This document shows positions 54,601 to 62,855 of a stretch of DNA of 64,000 nucleotides, in pieces; within the stretch, counting starts at the first letter, position 1; the number at the start of each line of letters is the position of its first letter. Below the pieces are notes generated by a model that worked only from the letters and a program-made list of their open reading frames with translations, searched no databases and was not told where the DNA came from. The stretch covers positions 24,468-88,467 of the forward strand of contig JBKPAI010000124.1 in the NCBI GenBank assembly GCA_046726355.1, given 5' to 3'. Position numbers and translations under genes: made by a program. The stretch is from Acidobacteriota bacterium. GTDB taxonomy: Bacteria; Acidobacteriota; Vicinamibacteria; Vicinamibacterales; CAVVIG01.

Positions 54601-55170
54601 CGTCCCTTCCTTCTGCAGGCCGTTGATGTCGGTCTCCGCGAAAACGCCGCACTTCCCGGCCACCTTGTGCAGCTTGATCCCGAGATATCCCTGCACGCAC
54701 AGCTCGTCGGCGGGGATCTTCAGCTTGGCGTTGATCTTGTCGATGACGGCGCCCGTTCCTCCGGCGCATTTGTCGTTCATCGACGGGATCTTCTTCTTCC
54801 GGCCGGTCTCGGGATCCGGCTTGAACACGATGATCTTGGCGTCCTGTCCGCCCAGCTCGATGACCGAGTGCACCTCCGGGTGCAGCTTCTCGACCGCCAG
54901 CGACACGGCGGTCACTTCCTGGACGAACTTCGCCCCGATCAGCGGCGCGAGGTTGCTGCCGCCCGATCCGGTGATGAACATGCGGCAGTTGTCGGAGGCG
55001 ATTTGCAGGTCGGCCTCGAGCCGGCGGAGGAATTCGAGCGTCTTCTCCGGCTGCTTGGTCTCGTGGCGCTGGTAGTCCGACCATACGATCTGGTCGGTGG
55101 CCGCGTCCACGGCGACGGCCTTGACCGTCGTCGACCCCACATCGATGCCGACAAGCAGTTGGGCCGTCAT
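51610..55170 (-). CDS. tandem BcrAD/BadFG-type (HgdC-like) ATPase 'activase' fused to a 2-hydroxyacyl-CoA-dehydratase-related region
   Basis: Two ASKHA modules (LVGIDVGSTTVKAVAV...; FVGIDGGSTSTKGVLL...), each with an HgdC-type cluster loop (MNDKCAGGTGAVIDK; NTQCSAGNGYFLQ). About 550 aa of C-terminal dehydratase/DUF2229-like sequence follows. Confidence 0.85.
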   Translation of the reverse strand: MTAQLLVGIDVGSTTVKAVAVDAATDQIVWSDYQRHETKQPEKTLEFLRRLEADLQIASDNCRMFITGSGGSNLAPLIGAKFVQEVTAVSLAVEKLHPEVHSVIELGGQDAKIIVFKPDPETGRKKKIPSMNDKCAGGTGAVIDKINAKLKIPADELCVQGYLGIKLHKVAGKCGVFAETDINGLQKEGTPSDELMASLFDAIVLQNLTVLTRGHTLRPHVLLLGGPNTFIRGMREAWQHNIPKMWAERGVEIPDGESPETLIKTPDNAQYFAALGAIEFGKDEDDSVGRYAGASALDRYITVGRLEEKAAAGGRGLSTSAEELEAFKIQYTPKRFTPAAFSAGDRVAAFVGIDGGSTSTKGVLLSTDGDVLCKAYQLSKGNPIQDTIDIFDELRAQVESQGAELEVLGVGTTGYAKDVLKDVLAADAALVETVAHTESAVKYYKDPHVIVDVGGQDIKLIVLTDGRVKDFKLNTQCSAGNGYFLQSTAETFGIPIKEFAERAFSATAMPMFGYGCAVFMQSDIVNFQRQGWAPEEILAGLAAVLPKNIFLYVASIPNLAKLGTRFVLQGGTQHNLAAVKAEVDFIRSNFRGSEVEPEIIVHEHCGESGAIGAAVEARRLWNNGHRTQFIGLEAVRRITYRTTRNESTRCNFCKNNCLRTFIDIKMTPAEAVAAEVNAVKAAPVKFLSKVPKADDEQRLIIATCEKGTVEDVDAMRGIKAGLDAVKKANPNFVDIAAKEVWNPRKPERVADPIPSRAWTKTARRRMELLQGREALRIGMPRVLNMYVYAPFFSAYFESLGVPGGNLVYSDFTSGDLYRVGSGRGAIDPCFPAKIGIAHVHNLLFTKHAKKKLDAVFFPMIDKLHTPLVHLQGSNACPTVTVTPNTVKAAFTKEANVFAEQGVTYLDPLLDFSDRKLLGQQLLQALEPLLGLSAEENARAIDVGFRELAAYENDIRTRAREVLDQLERENRIGIVLLARPYHHDPGLNHEILEEFQKLGYPVFSQSTLPLDEDLLERLFGAEVRAGTIRSPLEIQDVWKNSYSASTNHKVWAAKFTARHPNLVALELSSFKCGHDAPIYTTIESIIERSGTPYFSFKDVDENKPTGSIRIRVETIHYFLKRYAEHMNKPSNEEIERQVAEYERQLREQLTREHEFADLATRQREKAVPAKLLPILGQSSGPAPTLHA

Positions 55171-55171
55171 G

Positions 55172-57022
55172 TTACGACCTCGAGCAGGCAGCGAGGCCTG
55201 CGCTCTGACCGGCGGACTGGCCGGACGCCGGTCCGGGCATGGCCGCGCGCCTGATCTGCCAGACCGGGCGCCGCCGGTCCATCAGCTTGCTCACGTGCAG
55301 GACGAAATTGGCGGCGGTGCCGGTGATCCCGTGCACATGCGGGACCTTGTAGAAGGGGCGCCGCAGCTCGGGATGATCCGCCACGTAGGAGCGGATGTCC
55401 TCGAGCCGCTTCCCTGTCGATTCGAGCGCCTGCTGGAACTCGCCCTTCGCTTTGGCCTTGGCCTCACCGAGCGCCATCTGGACGCGGCTGTGCGCGTTGA
55501 TCTCGCCCTCACCCGAGGTCTCGATCGGCAGGAAGATCATGTCCTTGAAATGATTCATCACCGCCGACTGGACGCCATCCGACTGCGACGACGGCATGCA
55601 GCCGAACGGCTTCAGGCTGAGCACCATGTGCGCTTTCTTGTGCACGGTGTAATAGATGTTCTTCGCCACTTCGAGATGCCCTTCACCGCCGCGGGCGAAC
55701 CGGTGGTAGTACGGTTGCGCCATCCGCGCGAGCTCCTGCATGTCGAGCAGTTCGTGGCCGATACCGCCAAGGCCCTTGATCACCCGCCGATACAGGTGCG
55801 CATAGAGCCCTTCGCCGATGCCGAAAAACAGCTGCTTCTGGAGGAACTTGAGCTCGAGCAGCGCGCGGTGGTGCACCTCCCAGGGCCCCGGCTTCGTCAT
55901 ATCGAGCCACTTGCGATCCCTGTGGCGCGCCTTTGCCTGCCACAGCAGGTACATGATCCAGTTCGCGATCGGCTCGACCTTGATCTCCGATCCCTCGCGC
56001 TCGAGGAACTGGAACATGTGGAAGTTCCCGTCCCCCTCCGTCGTCTGAGCGAAGAATTCGCCGGTCACCTTCACCAGCGGTTTCACGCGCAGACGATCGA
56101 CTTCGATGGTCTCGAGCTGGTCGCGGACCTCCCGCATCATGCTCGCGGTCTGCTTGCCCCAAAGGTGATCGACGATCTTGCCGGCCGTGTGACTGATGGC
56201 CTCCGCCTTGCGGTTGGCCATGATGCGCGCGGCAAGCCAGGGCGGAAAACGATCGTTGACGTGGAACATCTTCCGATCGCGCAGCGCCAGCGACAGCCGC
56301 TGCATCGCCTCGGAGAACGCGCGGTCGGTCGCCCCGCTCTTCACCTCGTAGGGACGAATCTGGTAGCAGACATCGTTCAGGACATCGCCGAAGTTCAGCG
56401 CGTTGAAGGCGCCCAACCCGAAATCCACGGTGAATTTCAGTCCGGCCTCCCCTGACGCCGCGTTGATCCCGTCGTCCTGCTGGAAGAGGAGGACGCGGAA
56501 CCCGTCGTAGCCGGCGTTCTGCACGCCGAGCCGGTACTCCGCCTCGTACATCCCGAACCGACAGGGGCCGCAGGACCCGGCTGTGAAGAACACGTAGTTG
56601 TTGACAATGTCCTGGCGCGACATCCCCTGCGCTTCGAGCGACTGCAGGTATTTGATCAGGTGGCCCACCATGAAATAGGTCGGGTTGCACTGACCGTTGT
56701 TGCCGTATTCCTTGCCGAGCTGGAATCCGGCCACGTCCGGCGTCGGAAGCAACGCGACTTTGTAGCCGGCCGACTCAAAGGCAGACCGAATCAGCCATTC
56801 GTGCTTCCAGGTCAGACCGCCAAAAAGAATCGTGACGCGATCTCGTTCGGCAGCGGTAAACGGCCGCTCGACCGGACGGCGGAAATGCGGCGACGGCTGG
56901 CGCGCCTGCTCTTCGAGCTGCCGGCGTTTCTCCGCCACCCGCTGCTGAATTTCCTGCTCCACCTCGTGACGCGACTTCAGCGCGAGGGGTCCCTGTGACT
57001 GAAAGCTGGTCGCACCGTTCAT
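55172..57022 (-). CDS. 2-hydroxyacyl-CoA-dehydratase-related / activase-associated (DUF2229-like) protein
   Basis: ...TILFGGLTWKHEWLI...GNNGQCNPTYFMVG...FFTAGSCGPCRFGMYEAEY...SLKPFGCMPS.... AGGAGG lies upstream of the ATG. Ends 1 nt before the activase start. Confidence 0.75.
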   Translation of the reverse strand: MNGATSFQSQGPLALKSRHEVEQEIQQRVAEKRRQLEEQARQPSPHFRRPVERPFTAAERDRVTILFGGLTWKHEWLIRSAFESAGYKVALLPTPDVAGFQLGKEYGNNGQCNPTYFMVGHLIKYLQSLEAQGMSRQDIVNNYVFFTAGSCGPCRFGMYEAEYRLGVQNAGYDGFRVLLFQQDDGINAASGEAGLKFTVDFGLGAFNALNFGDVLNDVCYQIRPYEVKSGATDRAFSEAMQRLSLALRDRKMFHVNDRFPPWLAARIMANRKAEAISHTAGKIVDHLWGKQTASMMREVRDQLETIEVDRLRVKPLVKVTGEFFAQTTEGDGNFHMFQFLEREGSEIKVEPIANWIMYLLWQAKARHRDRKWLDMTKPGPWEVHHRALLELKFLQKQLFFGIGEGLYAHLYRRVIKGLGGIGHELLDMQELARMAQPYYHRFARGGEGHLEVAKNIYYTVHKKAHMVLSLKPFGCMPSSQSDGVQSAVMNHFKDMIFLPIETSGEGEINAHSRVQMALGEAKAKAKGEFQQALESTGKRLEDIRSYVADHPELRRPFYKVPHVHGITGTAANFVLHVSKLMDRRRPVWQIRRAAMPGPASGQSAGQSAGLAACSRS

Positions 57023-57158
57023 GAGCCCTCCTGCAAGGACGCGTACGTAAACCGTACAGATTCTGCATCCCTTCCTGTCAGAAATCGCTCCAGATTGGAA
57101 GGGCGTCGCCGACTAGGGAAGAGTTGGGTACGAGCGGCGTCTTCCACCCTGCTCTCAT

Positions 57159-57257
57159 GTAGTGCGGACCTTCCCGCCTTCTGCGCTACGGCGCGGCTCG
57201 CCCAAGCGCGGAGGCGGCCGGTCCGCCTGACACGGCAGGCCTGAAGGCCTGCACTAC
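57159..57257. repeat. GC-rich REP-like element
   Basis: GTAGTGCGGACCTTCCCGCCTTCTGCGCTACGGCGCGGCTCGCCCAAGCGCGGAGGCGGCCGGTCCGCCTGACACGGCAGGCCTGAAGGCCTGCACTAC. Confidence 0.85.
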
Positions 57258-57263
57258 AACGGA

Positions 57264-57788
57264 TCAGGCCATCAACTGTTGAAACTCCGTTTTCAGCAAC
57301 TCCGCCTCGTTCGCCATCGACCGCGCGATCTCGCCGGCGAGCCGGCTGCTGTCGCTCACGGTCTGCCACGCCGACCCGCCGGTCTTCTCGCGGGCAAGTC
57401 GGGCGTCGGCGGCGAGCTCCTCGGCCGCCTGTGTGTACTCCCGCATCAGACGCACCAGGTCGGGCGCAACGTAGTCTGCCAGAGAGATGTAAGCGGTCTC
57501 TAAGAAATCGCAGAGCTCGTCGGTCAATTGACCTGTGGCATGCAGCGCAAGCACCGAGGTTTTGATTGCGGTCTTGATGGTCGGCTTCGCAAAGGGCAGC
57601 GAGTCGACGGGCACAGGAAACGTGCCGCGCTGGAGGTCACGATTGAGCACACGCGCGTATTCGGCGACGATCTGCTGGGCACTAAGAGGGTCGTCGGGGT
57701 TCACGGGCCGCCCTCGCTGCAAGCCGGTCGCCACGTTGAGCCGGATAAGATCGCCAAAGCTCGGACAGATGACCAAATACTCCGGCAC
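57264..57788 (-). CDS. hypothetical helical protein
   Basis: 174-aa ORF with coding-like composition. No motif recognised. Confidence 0.5.
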   Translation of the reverse strand: MPEYLVICPSFGDLIRLNVATGLQRGRPVNPDDPLSAQQIVAEYARVLNRDLQRGTFPVPVDSLPFAKPTIKTAIKTSVLALHATGQLTDELCDFLETAYISLADYVAPDLVRLMREYTQAAEELAADARLAREKTGGSAWQTVSDSSRLAGEIARSMANEAELLKTEFQQLMA

Positions 57789-57817
57789 GCACGCAGTGAT
57801 CGGACAACAATAGGTTC

Positions 57818-58612
57818 GTGATGGAGAAGGAGAATGGATCGGATTGGCCTCGGATTGCCGTCGTGCTGAGCGCCGGCGGACTGCGGGGCGCCGCTCATGT
57901 CGGGGTACTGCGACAGCTGATTCGTCACGGAATTCCGATCGATGCGATTATCGGCGTCAGCGCTGGCGCCGTCATCGCGGCATATTACGCCGCAGTCGGC
58001 CTCGATGTCGACGAGTTAATCGCGGATGCCGAGAAATTTCGTGGCCGCCACCTGCTGACGTACAGCCTCAACGTTCATCTCGATTACCGGTTCGAACGGG
58101 CGCTCGCCCCCTGGTGCGGCGTTATTCCCGATCGGCTGCGCCAGCTCGAAAGCGCGAGCTTCGATCGGCTGCATCATGGCGTGCAGCGCCTCGGCATCTG
58201 CTGTCACGATCTGTCCGCCGACCGGCCCTGCTACTTCTGGACGGGATCGGCCGAAGGTGCCGAGCTGCATACGGTGGTGCGAGCCAGCGCCTCGATTCCG
58301 CACCTGTTTCCCGCTGTTCCGCTTGACTGCCGGCAGCAGCGCTATCGCCTGACGGACGGCGGAATCAGCGATCCGGTGCCGCTCACGTTCAGCCGCGGTC
58401 CGCACATCGGTGCGACGTACGTCGTTGTGTCCGATTGTCGGTGGATCGGGACGATGCCCGCGACCGACGAACGCACGGTCTGGATTCGGCCACGCATGCC
58501 GGACACCGGCACGCTCTGGTCGCCGCGTCGCGGCCTCCTCTCGGCGGTACGCAACGGCGAGGCGGCGGTCGACAGCGCCGTGCTGACGCGAATCGGACGG
58601 TGGCAATTGTGA
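57818..58612 (+). CDS. patatin-like phospholipase
   Basis: VLSAGGLRGAAHVGVL (GGxRG oxyanion), GVSAGAVIA (GxSxG), ...LTDGGISDPVP (DGG). Confidence 0.85.
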   Translation: MMEKENGSDWPRIAVVLSAGGLRGAAHVGVLRQLIRHGIPIDAIIGVSAGAVIAAYYAAVGLDVDELIADAEKFRGRHLLTYSLNVHLDYRFERALAPWCGVIPDRLRQLESASFDRLHHGVQRLGICCHDLSADRPCYFWTGSAEGAELHTVVRASASIPHLFPAVPLDCRQQRYRLTDGGISDPVPLTFSRGPHIGATYVVVSDCRWIGTMPATDERTVWIRPRMPDTGTLWSPRRGLLSAVRNGEAAVDSAVLTRIGRWQL

Positions 58613-58649
58613 CAGCTGCAATCTGGAATGAGGACTTTGGCTGGGGATT

Positions 58650-60134
58650 GTGCCCGCATTTATGACTGACGATTCCATCTGCTTCGCAAGCGCACGCGAG
58701 CTGGTCCGGTTGATCCGGACCCGCGAGCTCTCGGCGCGCGAGGTCATGGCCGCGCACCTCGATCGCATCAACCGGATCAACCCGCACCTCAACGCCATCG
58801 TCGCGAAGCTGGACGATGAGGCCTGTCTGGCCCTCGCGGACACCGCAGATCGGACGATTGCGCGAGGCGACACGCCGGGCGCGCTGCACGGTCTGCCGAT
58901 CGCCTTCAAGGATCTCGAAGCGGCCGTCGGATTTCCATGCACGCTGGGCTCGCCGATCTACCAAGACACTTGTCCGGCGGAAGATTCGCTCGTGGTCGAG
59001 CGGATCCGGCGAGCCGGCGCGATTCCGATTGGCAAGACGAACGTGCCCGAATTCGGCATGGGCTCGCATACCTACAACCGCGTGTACGGCACGACCCGCA
59101 ATCCGTTTGACATGACGAAGAGCGCCGGCGGCTCCAGCGGCGGCGCGGGCGCCGCGCTCGCCGCCGGCCTGCTGCCGCTCGCCGACGGCAGCGATCTCGG
59201 CGGCTCGCTGCGCAATCCGGCGAACTTCAACAACATCGTCGGCTTCCGGCCAACCGTCGGCCTCGTGCCGGTCATGCCGTCAGTGCTGCCGTTCGTCGGG
59301 TTTGTGGCGAAGGGTCCGATGGCTCGAACCGTGGCGGACGCCGCGTTCCTGCTCAGCGTCATGGCCGGCCCTGACGCCCGCGATCCAGCGTGCGCGCCTT
59401 CGGATCCTGCGGCCCTTGCGCGGCCGCTCGAACGCGCGTTCGCAGGCGTTCGCGTCGCGTGGAGCCTCGATCTGGGCGGCTTGCCGCTGGACCGCCGAGT
59501 GCGATCGGTGCTCAATCAGCAGCGGCGCACCTTCGAAGGGCTGGGCTGCACGGTCGAAGATGCCTGGCCCGACCTGGCCGATGCCGACGAGGTCTTTCTG
59601 ACCATTCGCCGCTGGCGGTCGTGGACGAGCCTCGGCACGCTGGTCCAGACGTGCCGCGATCAATTGAAGCCGGAAGCGGTGGAGGAGATCGAAGCCGGCG
59701 CGCAGCTGAGCGGCGCTGCGCTCGCCGATGCTATGACACGCCACGTGGCGCTGCTCGAGCGGATGCGGCAGTTCGAGGAGCGCTACGAGTTCCTGGTCTG
59801 CGCCGTGAACCAGGTGCCGCCGTTCGATGCGGAGATCGACTGGCCGCACGAGGTCGATGGCGTCGGGATGGATCACTACATCGCCTGGATGAAATCCGCG
59901 TACTGGATCAGTACGACGTTTCGGCCGGCGATTTCGGTGCCCGCCGGCTTCACCCCGGAAGGCCTGCCTGTCGGCATCCAGATCGTCGGCCGTTACCGTG
60001 ACGACTTCGGCGTGCTGCAGCTCGCACATGCGTTCGAACAAGCCACTCAGTTTGGAATGAGGAATTCGGAACTGGGGACTTGGGCGATTCGCGAACACGC
60101 TCCCTGCGGGAGCCAACCGGCGCAGCGTCAGTAG
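58650..60134 (+). CDS. amidase-signature family amidase
   Basis: ...GLPIAFKDL..., ...GGSSGGAGAALAAGL..., ...GSDLGGSLRNPA... Confidence 0.9.
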   Translation: MPAFMTDDSICFASARELVRLIRTRELSAREVMAAHLDRINRINPHLNAIVAKLDDEACLALADTADRTIARGDTPGALHGLPIAFKDLEAAVGFPCTLGSPIYQDTCPAEDSLVVERIRRAGAIPIGKTNVPEFGMGSHTYNRVYGTTRNPFDMTKSAGGSSGGAGAALAAGLLPLADGSDLGGSLRNPANFNNIVGFRPTVGLVPVMPSVLPFVGFVAKGPMARTVADAAFLLSVMAGPDARDPACAPSDPAALARPLERAFAGVRVAWSLDLGGLPLDRRVRSVLNQQRRTFEGLGCTVEDAWPDLADADEVFLTIRRWRSWTSLGTLVQTCRDQLKPEAVEEIEAGAQLSGAALADAMTRHVALLERMRQFEERYEFLVCAVNQVPPFDAEIDWPHEVDGVGMDHYIAWMKSAYWISTTFRPAISVPAGFTPEGLPVGIQIVGRYRDDFGVLQLAHAFEQATQFGMRNSELGTWAIREHAPCGSQPAQRQ

Positions 60135-60151
60135 CGGAATTCGCTCCCAGA

Positions 60152-60907
60152 ATGCACGACGCCAAGACCCGTCTCGACATCGCTCTCGTGAATCGAGGCC
60201 TCGTGGCATCGCGCGAGCGCGCCCGCGCGCTCATTCTCGCCGGCCTGGTGACGGTTGACGGCCAGGTGGTCTCCAAGGCGGGCGCTCAGGTCGCCGACGC
60301 CGCCCGGGTCGAGCTCATGACGCCGGACCATCCGTACGTCGGACGCGGCGGCGTCAAGCTCGCCCATGCGCTCGAGACGTTCGGCGTCGATCCGCTCGGA
60401 CGCCGCGCGCTCGACATCGGCGCGTCGACCGGCGGGTTCACCGACGTCCTCCTCCGGCGCGGTGCGGCGAGCGTCATCGCGCTCGACGTCGGCCGCGGCC
60501 AGCTCGATTGGCGCCTGCGCACTGATCCGCGCGTTCTCGTACGCGAGGGCGTCAACGCCCGTTATCTCGATGGTGGCGCCGTACCGTACGATGTGAGCAT
60601 CGTGACCATTGATGTCGCATTCATCTCGCTCGGCCACATCCTGCCGTCGCTGCCGCCGTTTCTCGAACCCGGCGCCGACGTCATTGCGCTGGTCAAGCCG
60701 CAGTTCGAGGCGGGGCGGGAGGAGGTCGGCAGACACGGCCTCGTCAGCGACCCGGCCGTCCATGACGCGGTTATCGAGCGCGTGGCCGCGGCGGCCGGCG
60801 CGGTCGGGCTCGATCGCGCAGGCATGACGCCGTCGCCGATCACCGGCGCCGCCGGGAACCGGGAGTTCTTTCTTCTTCTGAAACACGCCGCGCCGCTTCG
60901 CCGATGA
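60152..60907 (+). CDS. tlyA: TlyA-family rRNA 2'-O-methyltransferase (S4 + FtsJ-like)
   Basis: Start at ATG 60152: MHDAKTRLDIALVNRGLVASRERARALILAGLVTVDG...ALDIGASTGGFTDVLL... Confidence 0.85.
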   Translation: MHDAKTRLDIALVNRGLVASRERARALILAGLVTVDGQVVSKAGAQVADAARVELMTPDHPYVGRGGVKLAHALETFGVDPLGRRALDIGASTGGFTDVLLRRGAASVIALDVGRGQLDWRLRTDPRVLVREGVNARYLDGGAVPYDVSIVTIDVAFISLGHILPSLPPFLEPGADVIALVKPQFEAGREEVGRHGLVSDPAVHDAVIERVAAAAGAVGLDRAGMTPSPITGAAGNREFFLLLKHAAPLRR

Positions 60908-61806
60908 TCGAGCACGTCATCGTGGTCGGGGCGGGTGCGATCGGCAGCATTTACGCCGCGAAGCTCGCGGCTTCGCACGACGTGACCGCGGTCGCGCGCC
61001 GCGACCACGTCGAGGCGATCAATCGCGGCGGCCTGCGGCTGACCGGCTGTCAGGAGCTGACTGTGCCGATCCGCGCGATCACCGCCGTCGAGTCCATCGA
61101 ACCGCGCACGCTCGTCGTCCTGGCCACGAAGGTGAACGACAACCGGGCCGCCGCGGCGGCGATCGCCGGCCGGGTGCAGCCCGATACCGTGATCCTGTGC
61201 ATCCAGAATGGACTGGGCGGCGAGGACATCGTGAAAGAAGAGATCGGGGGCCGCTGCCTCGTGCTCCGCGCCATCACCCGCTTCGGCGCCATCTTCCGGA
61301 CGCCGGGCGTGATCGAGTTCAAGGTCCCCGGCAACACCGTGATCGAGCGCAGCGAGCGCAGCGCCGAGATCGCCGATCTCTTCACCGCCTGCGGGCTCGA
61401 CGGACGCGTGTCCGACTCCATCGCCGTGGACATCTGGCACAAGCTGATCGTCAACTGTGTAATCAACCCGATTACCGCAATCATCGGGAGCGAGGTGGGC
61501 GGCATCGCGAGCACCGGGCTGGATCCGCTCAAGCAGCTGGTGATCGACGAGTGCGTGGCGGTTGCGCGCGCCGACGGCGTCGCGCTCGAGACCGACTTTC
61601 TGCGCATGATTGGCGAGGTCTTCGCCACCTCGCGCAACATCGCCTCGATGCGCCAGGATCTGATGCGAGGACGTCCGACCGAGATCGATCACATGAATGG
61701 CGCGGTCGTTGCGCTGGGCGGCAGGCGCGGGATTTCGTGCCCGGTCAACGCGGCGCTCGTCGCCATTATCAAGGCCCTGGAACAGGCCTCCAGTGAACAC
61801 CATTGA
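60904..61806 (+). CDS. panE: 2-dehydropantoate 2-reductase (ApbA/PanE family)
   Basis: MIEHVIVVGAGAIGSIYAAKLA..., ...WHKLIVNCVINPITAI..., ...SMRQDLMRGRPTEIDHMNG. 4-nt overlap with tlyA. Confidence 0.85.
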   Translation: MIEHVIVVGAGAIGSIYAAKLAASHDVTAVARRDHVEAINRGGLRLTGCQELTVPIRAITAVESIEPRTLVVLATKVNDNRAAAAAIAGRVQPDTVILCIQNGLGGEDIVKEEIGGRCLVLRAITRFGAIFRTPGVIEFKVPGNTVIERSERSAEIADLFTACGLDGRVSDSIAVDIWHKLIVNCVINPITAIIGSEVGGIASTGLDPLKQLVIDECVAVARADGVALETDFLRMIGEVFATSRNIASMRQDLMRGRPTEIDHMNGAVVALGGRRGISCPVNAALVAIIKALEQASSEHH

Positions 61807-61893
61807 GAACTCTGACCCCTGCGGGGGCTCACCCGTCAGCTTGCGCAGCGTGCTCCGCTTGCTGCGGAATTGCGATTTCGTGATGAACAGGAT

Positions 61894-61927
61894 GTCTCCT
61901 CCGCGTCCGGCGTGTCCTCCGTGGTGG
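61894..61927. repeat. single-arm copy of the GGACGCGGAGGA motif (reverse orientation)
   Basis: gtctcctccgcgtccggcgtgtcctccgtggtgg is the reverse complement of CCACCACGGAGGACACGCCGGACGCGGAGGAGAC. Confidence 0.6.
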
Positions 61928-61971
61928 GATTCTCATCGCAGCATGGCACAATTGAGCGCGTCGTGATCGGC

Positions 61972-62853
61972 ATGCCTCGCGTCTCGACGGTCGGGATTGT
62001 CGCGAAATCGCACTTGAAGGCCGCCACGCCCCACCTGATCGAGATTGGGAAATGGCTCGAGGCTCGCGGTGTCCGCCCGGTGTACGAGACCGCGACGGCC
62101 GCGCTCATGATGCCGAATCCCGCCGAACACGTTGCCGACAAACAGGCACTGGTCGGCAGCGTCGACATGGTCGTGGTCCTCGGCGGCGACGGCACGCTGC
62201 TGTCGGTCGCCGACTGCATCGGTGTGGTCGGCTCGGGGATCCCGATGCTCGGGGTCAATTTCGGCAGCCTCGGGTTCCTGACCGAGGTGACGCTGCCGGA
62301 GCTCTACTCGGTGCTCGAAAGCGCACTGACAGGCACCGCCCCGATCGAAGAGCGGATGATGCTGCGATCCGCCATCGTCCGGCTCGGGGCGGTCTTCGCG
62401 GTCCACATCGCGCTGAACGACGTGGTCGTGACCAAGGGCGCACGGTCGCGCATGATCGACCTGTCGGTGTCGGTCGGAGACGAATTCGTCACCCGCGTGA
62501 AAGCCGACGGCTTGATCGTCGCGACGCCCACCGGCTCCACCGCCTACAATCTGGCCGCCGGCGGACCGATCGTGCAGCCGTCGCTGGACGCGCTGTTGCT
62601 CACCCCGATCGCCCCGCATACGCTGACGAACCGGCCGATTGTCATTCCTGCGGCATCATCGGTGCGCGTGCAGCCGCTCATCGAGGATCGGGATCTGGTG
62701 TATGTGACATTCGACGGTCAGGCCGGGTTTCAGCTCGAGGCCGGCGACGACATCCGCATCTGCCGCGCGGAACGGACGCTGCGGCTGATCCGGCCCTCGT
62801 CGCGAAGCTACTTTTCGGTCCTGCGCGAGAAACTCAAGTGGGGAGAACGATAA
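61972..62853 (+). CDS. nadK: NAD kinase
   Basis: Start at ATG 61972. GGDGTLL, NDVVV, ATPTGSTAYNLAAGGPI. Confidence 0.9.
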   Translation: MPRVSTVGIVAKSHLKAATPHLIEIGKWLEARGVRPVYETATAALMMPNPAEHVADKQALVGSVDMVVVLGGDGTLLSVADCIGVVGSGIPMLGVNFGSLGFLTEVTLPELYSVLESALTGTAPIEERMMLRSAIVRLGAVFAVHIALNDVVVTKGARSRMIDLSVSVGDEFVTRVKADGLIVATPTGSTAYNLAAGGPIVQPSLDALLLTPIAPHTLTNRPIVIPAASSVRVQPLIEDRDLVYVTFDGQAGFQLEAGDDIRICRAERTLRLIRPSSRSYFSVLREKLKWGER

Positions 62854-62855
62854 AT

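Noticed and set aside
51997-56455. 701-aa (51997-54102) and 452-aa (55097-56455) plus-strand ORFs opposite the activase and dehydratase genes.
   Set aside because: Antisense artefacts. The minus-strand frames carry ASKHA ATPase and Cys-cluster motifs, and the plus frames have no recognisable features.
57818-58612. Patatin-like phospholipase considered as a CBASS/defence effector.
   Set aside because: No CD-NTase, SAVED, TIR, STING or other signalling or defence partner is adjacent. The neighbours are an amidase and housekeeping genes. It is more simply a stand-alone lipase, though possibly relevant to the lipid theme of the adjacent cluster.
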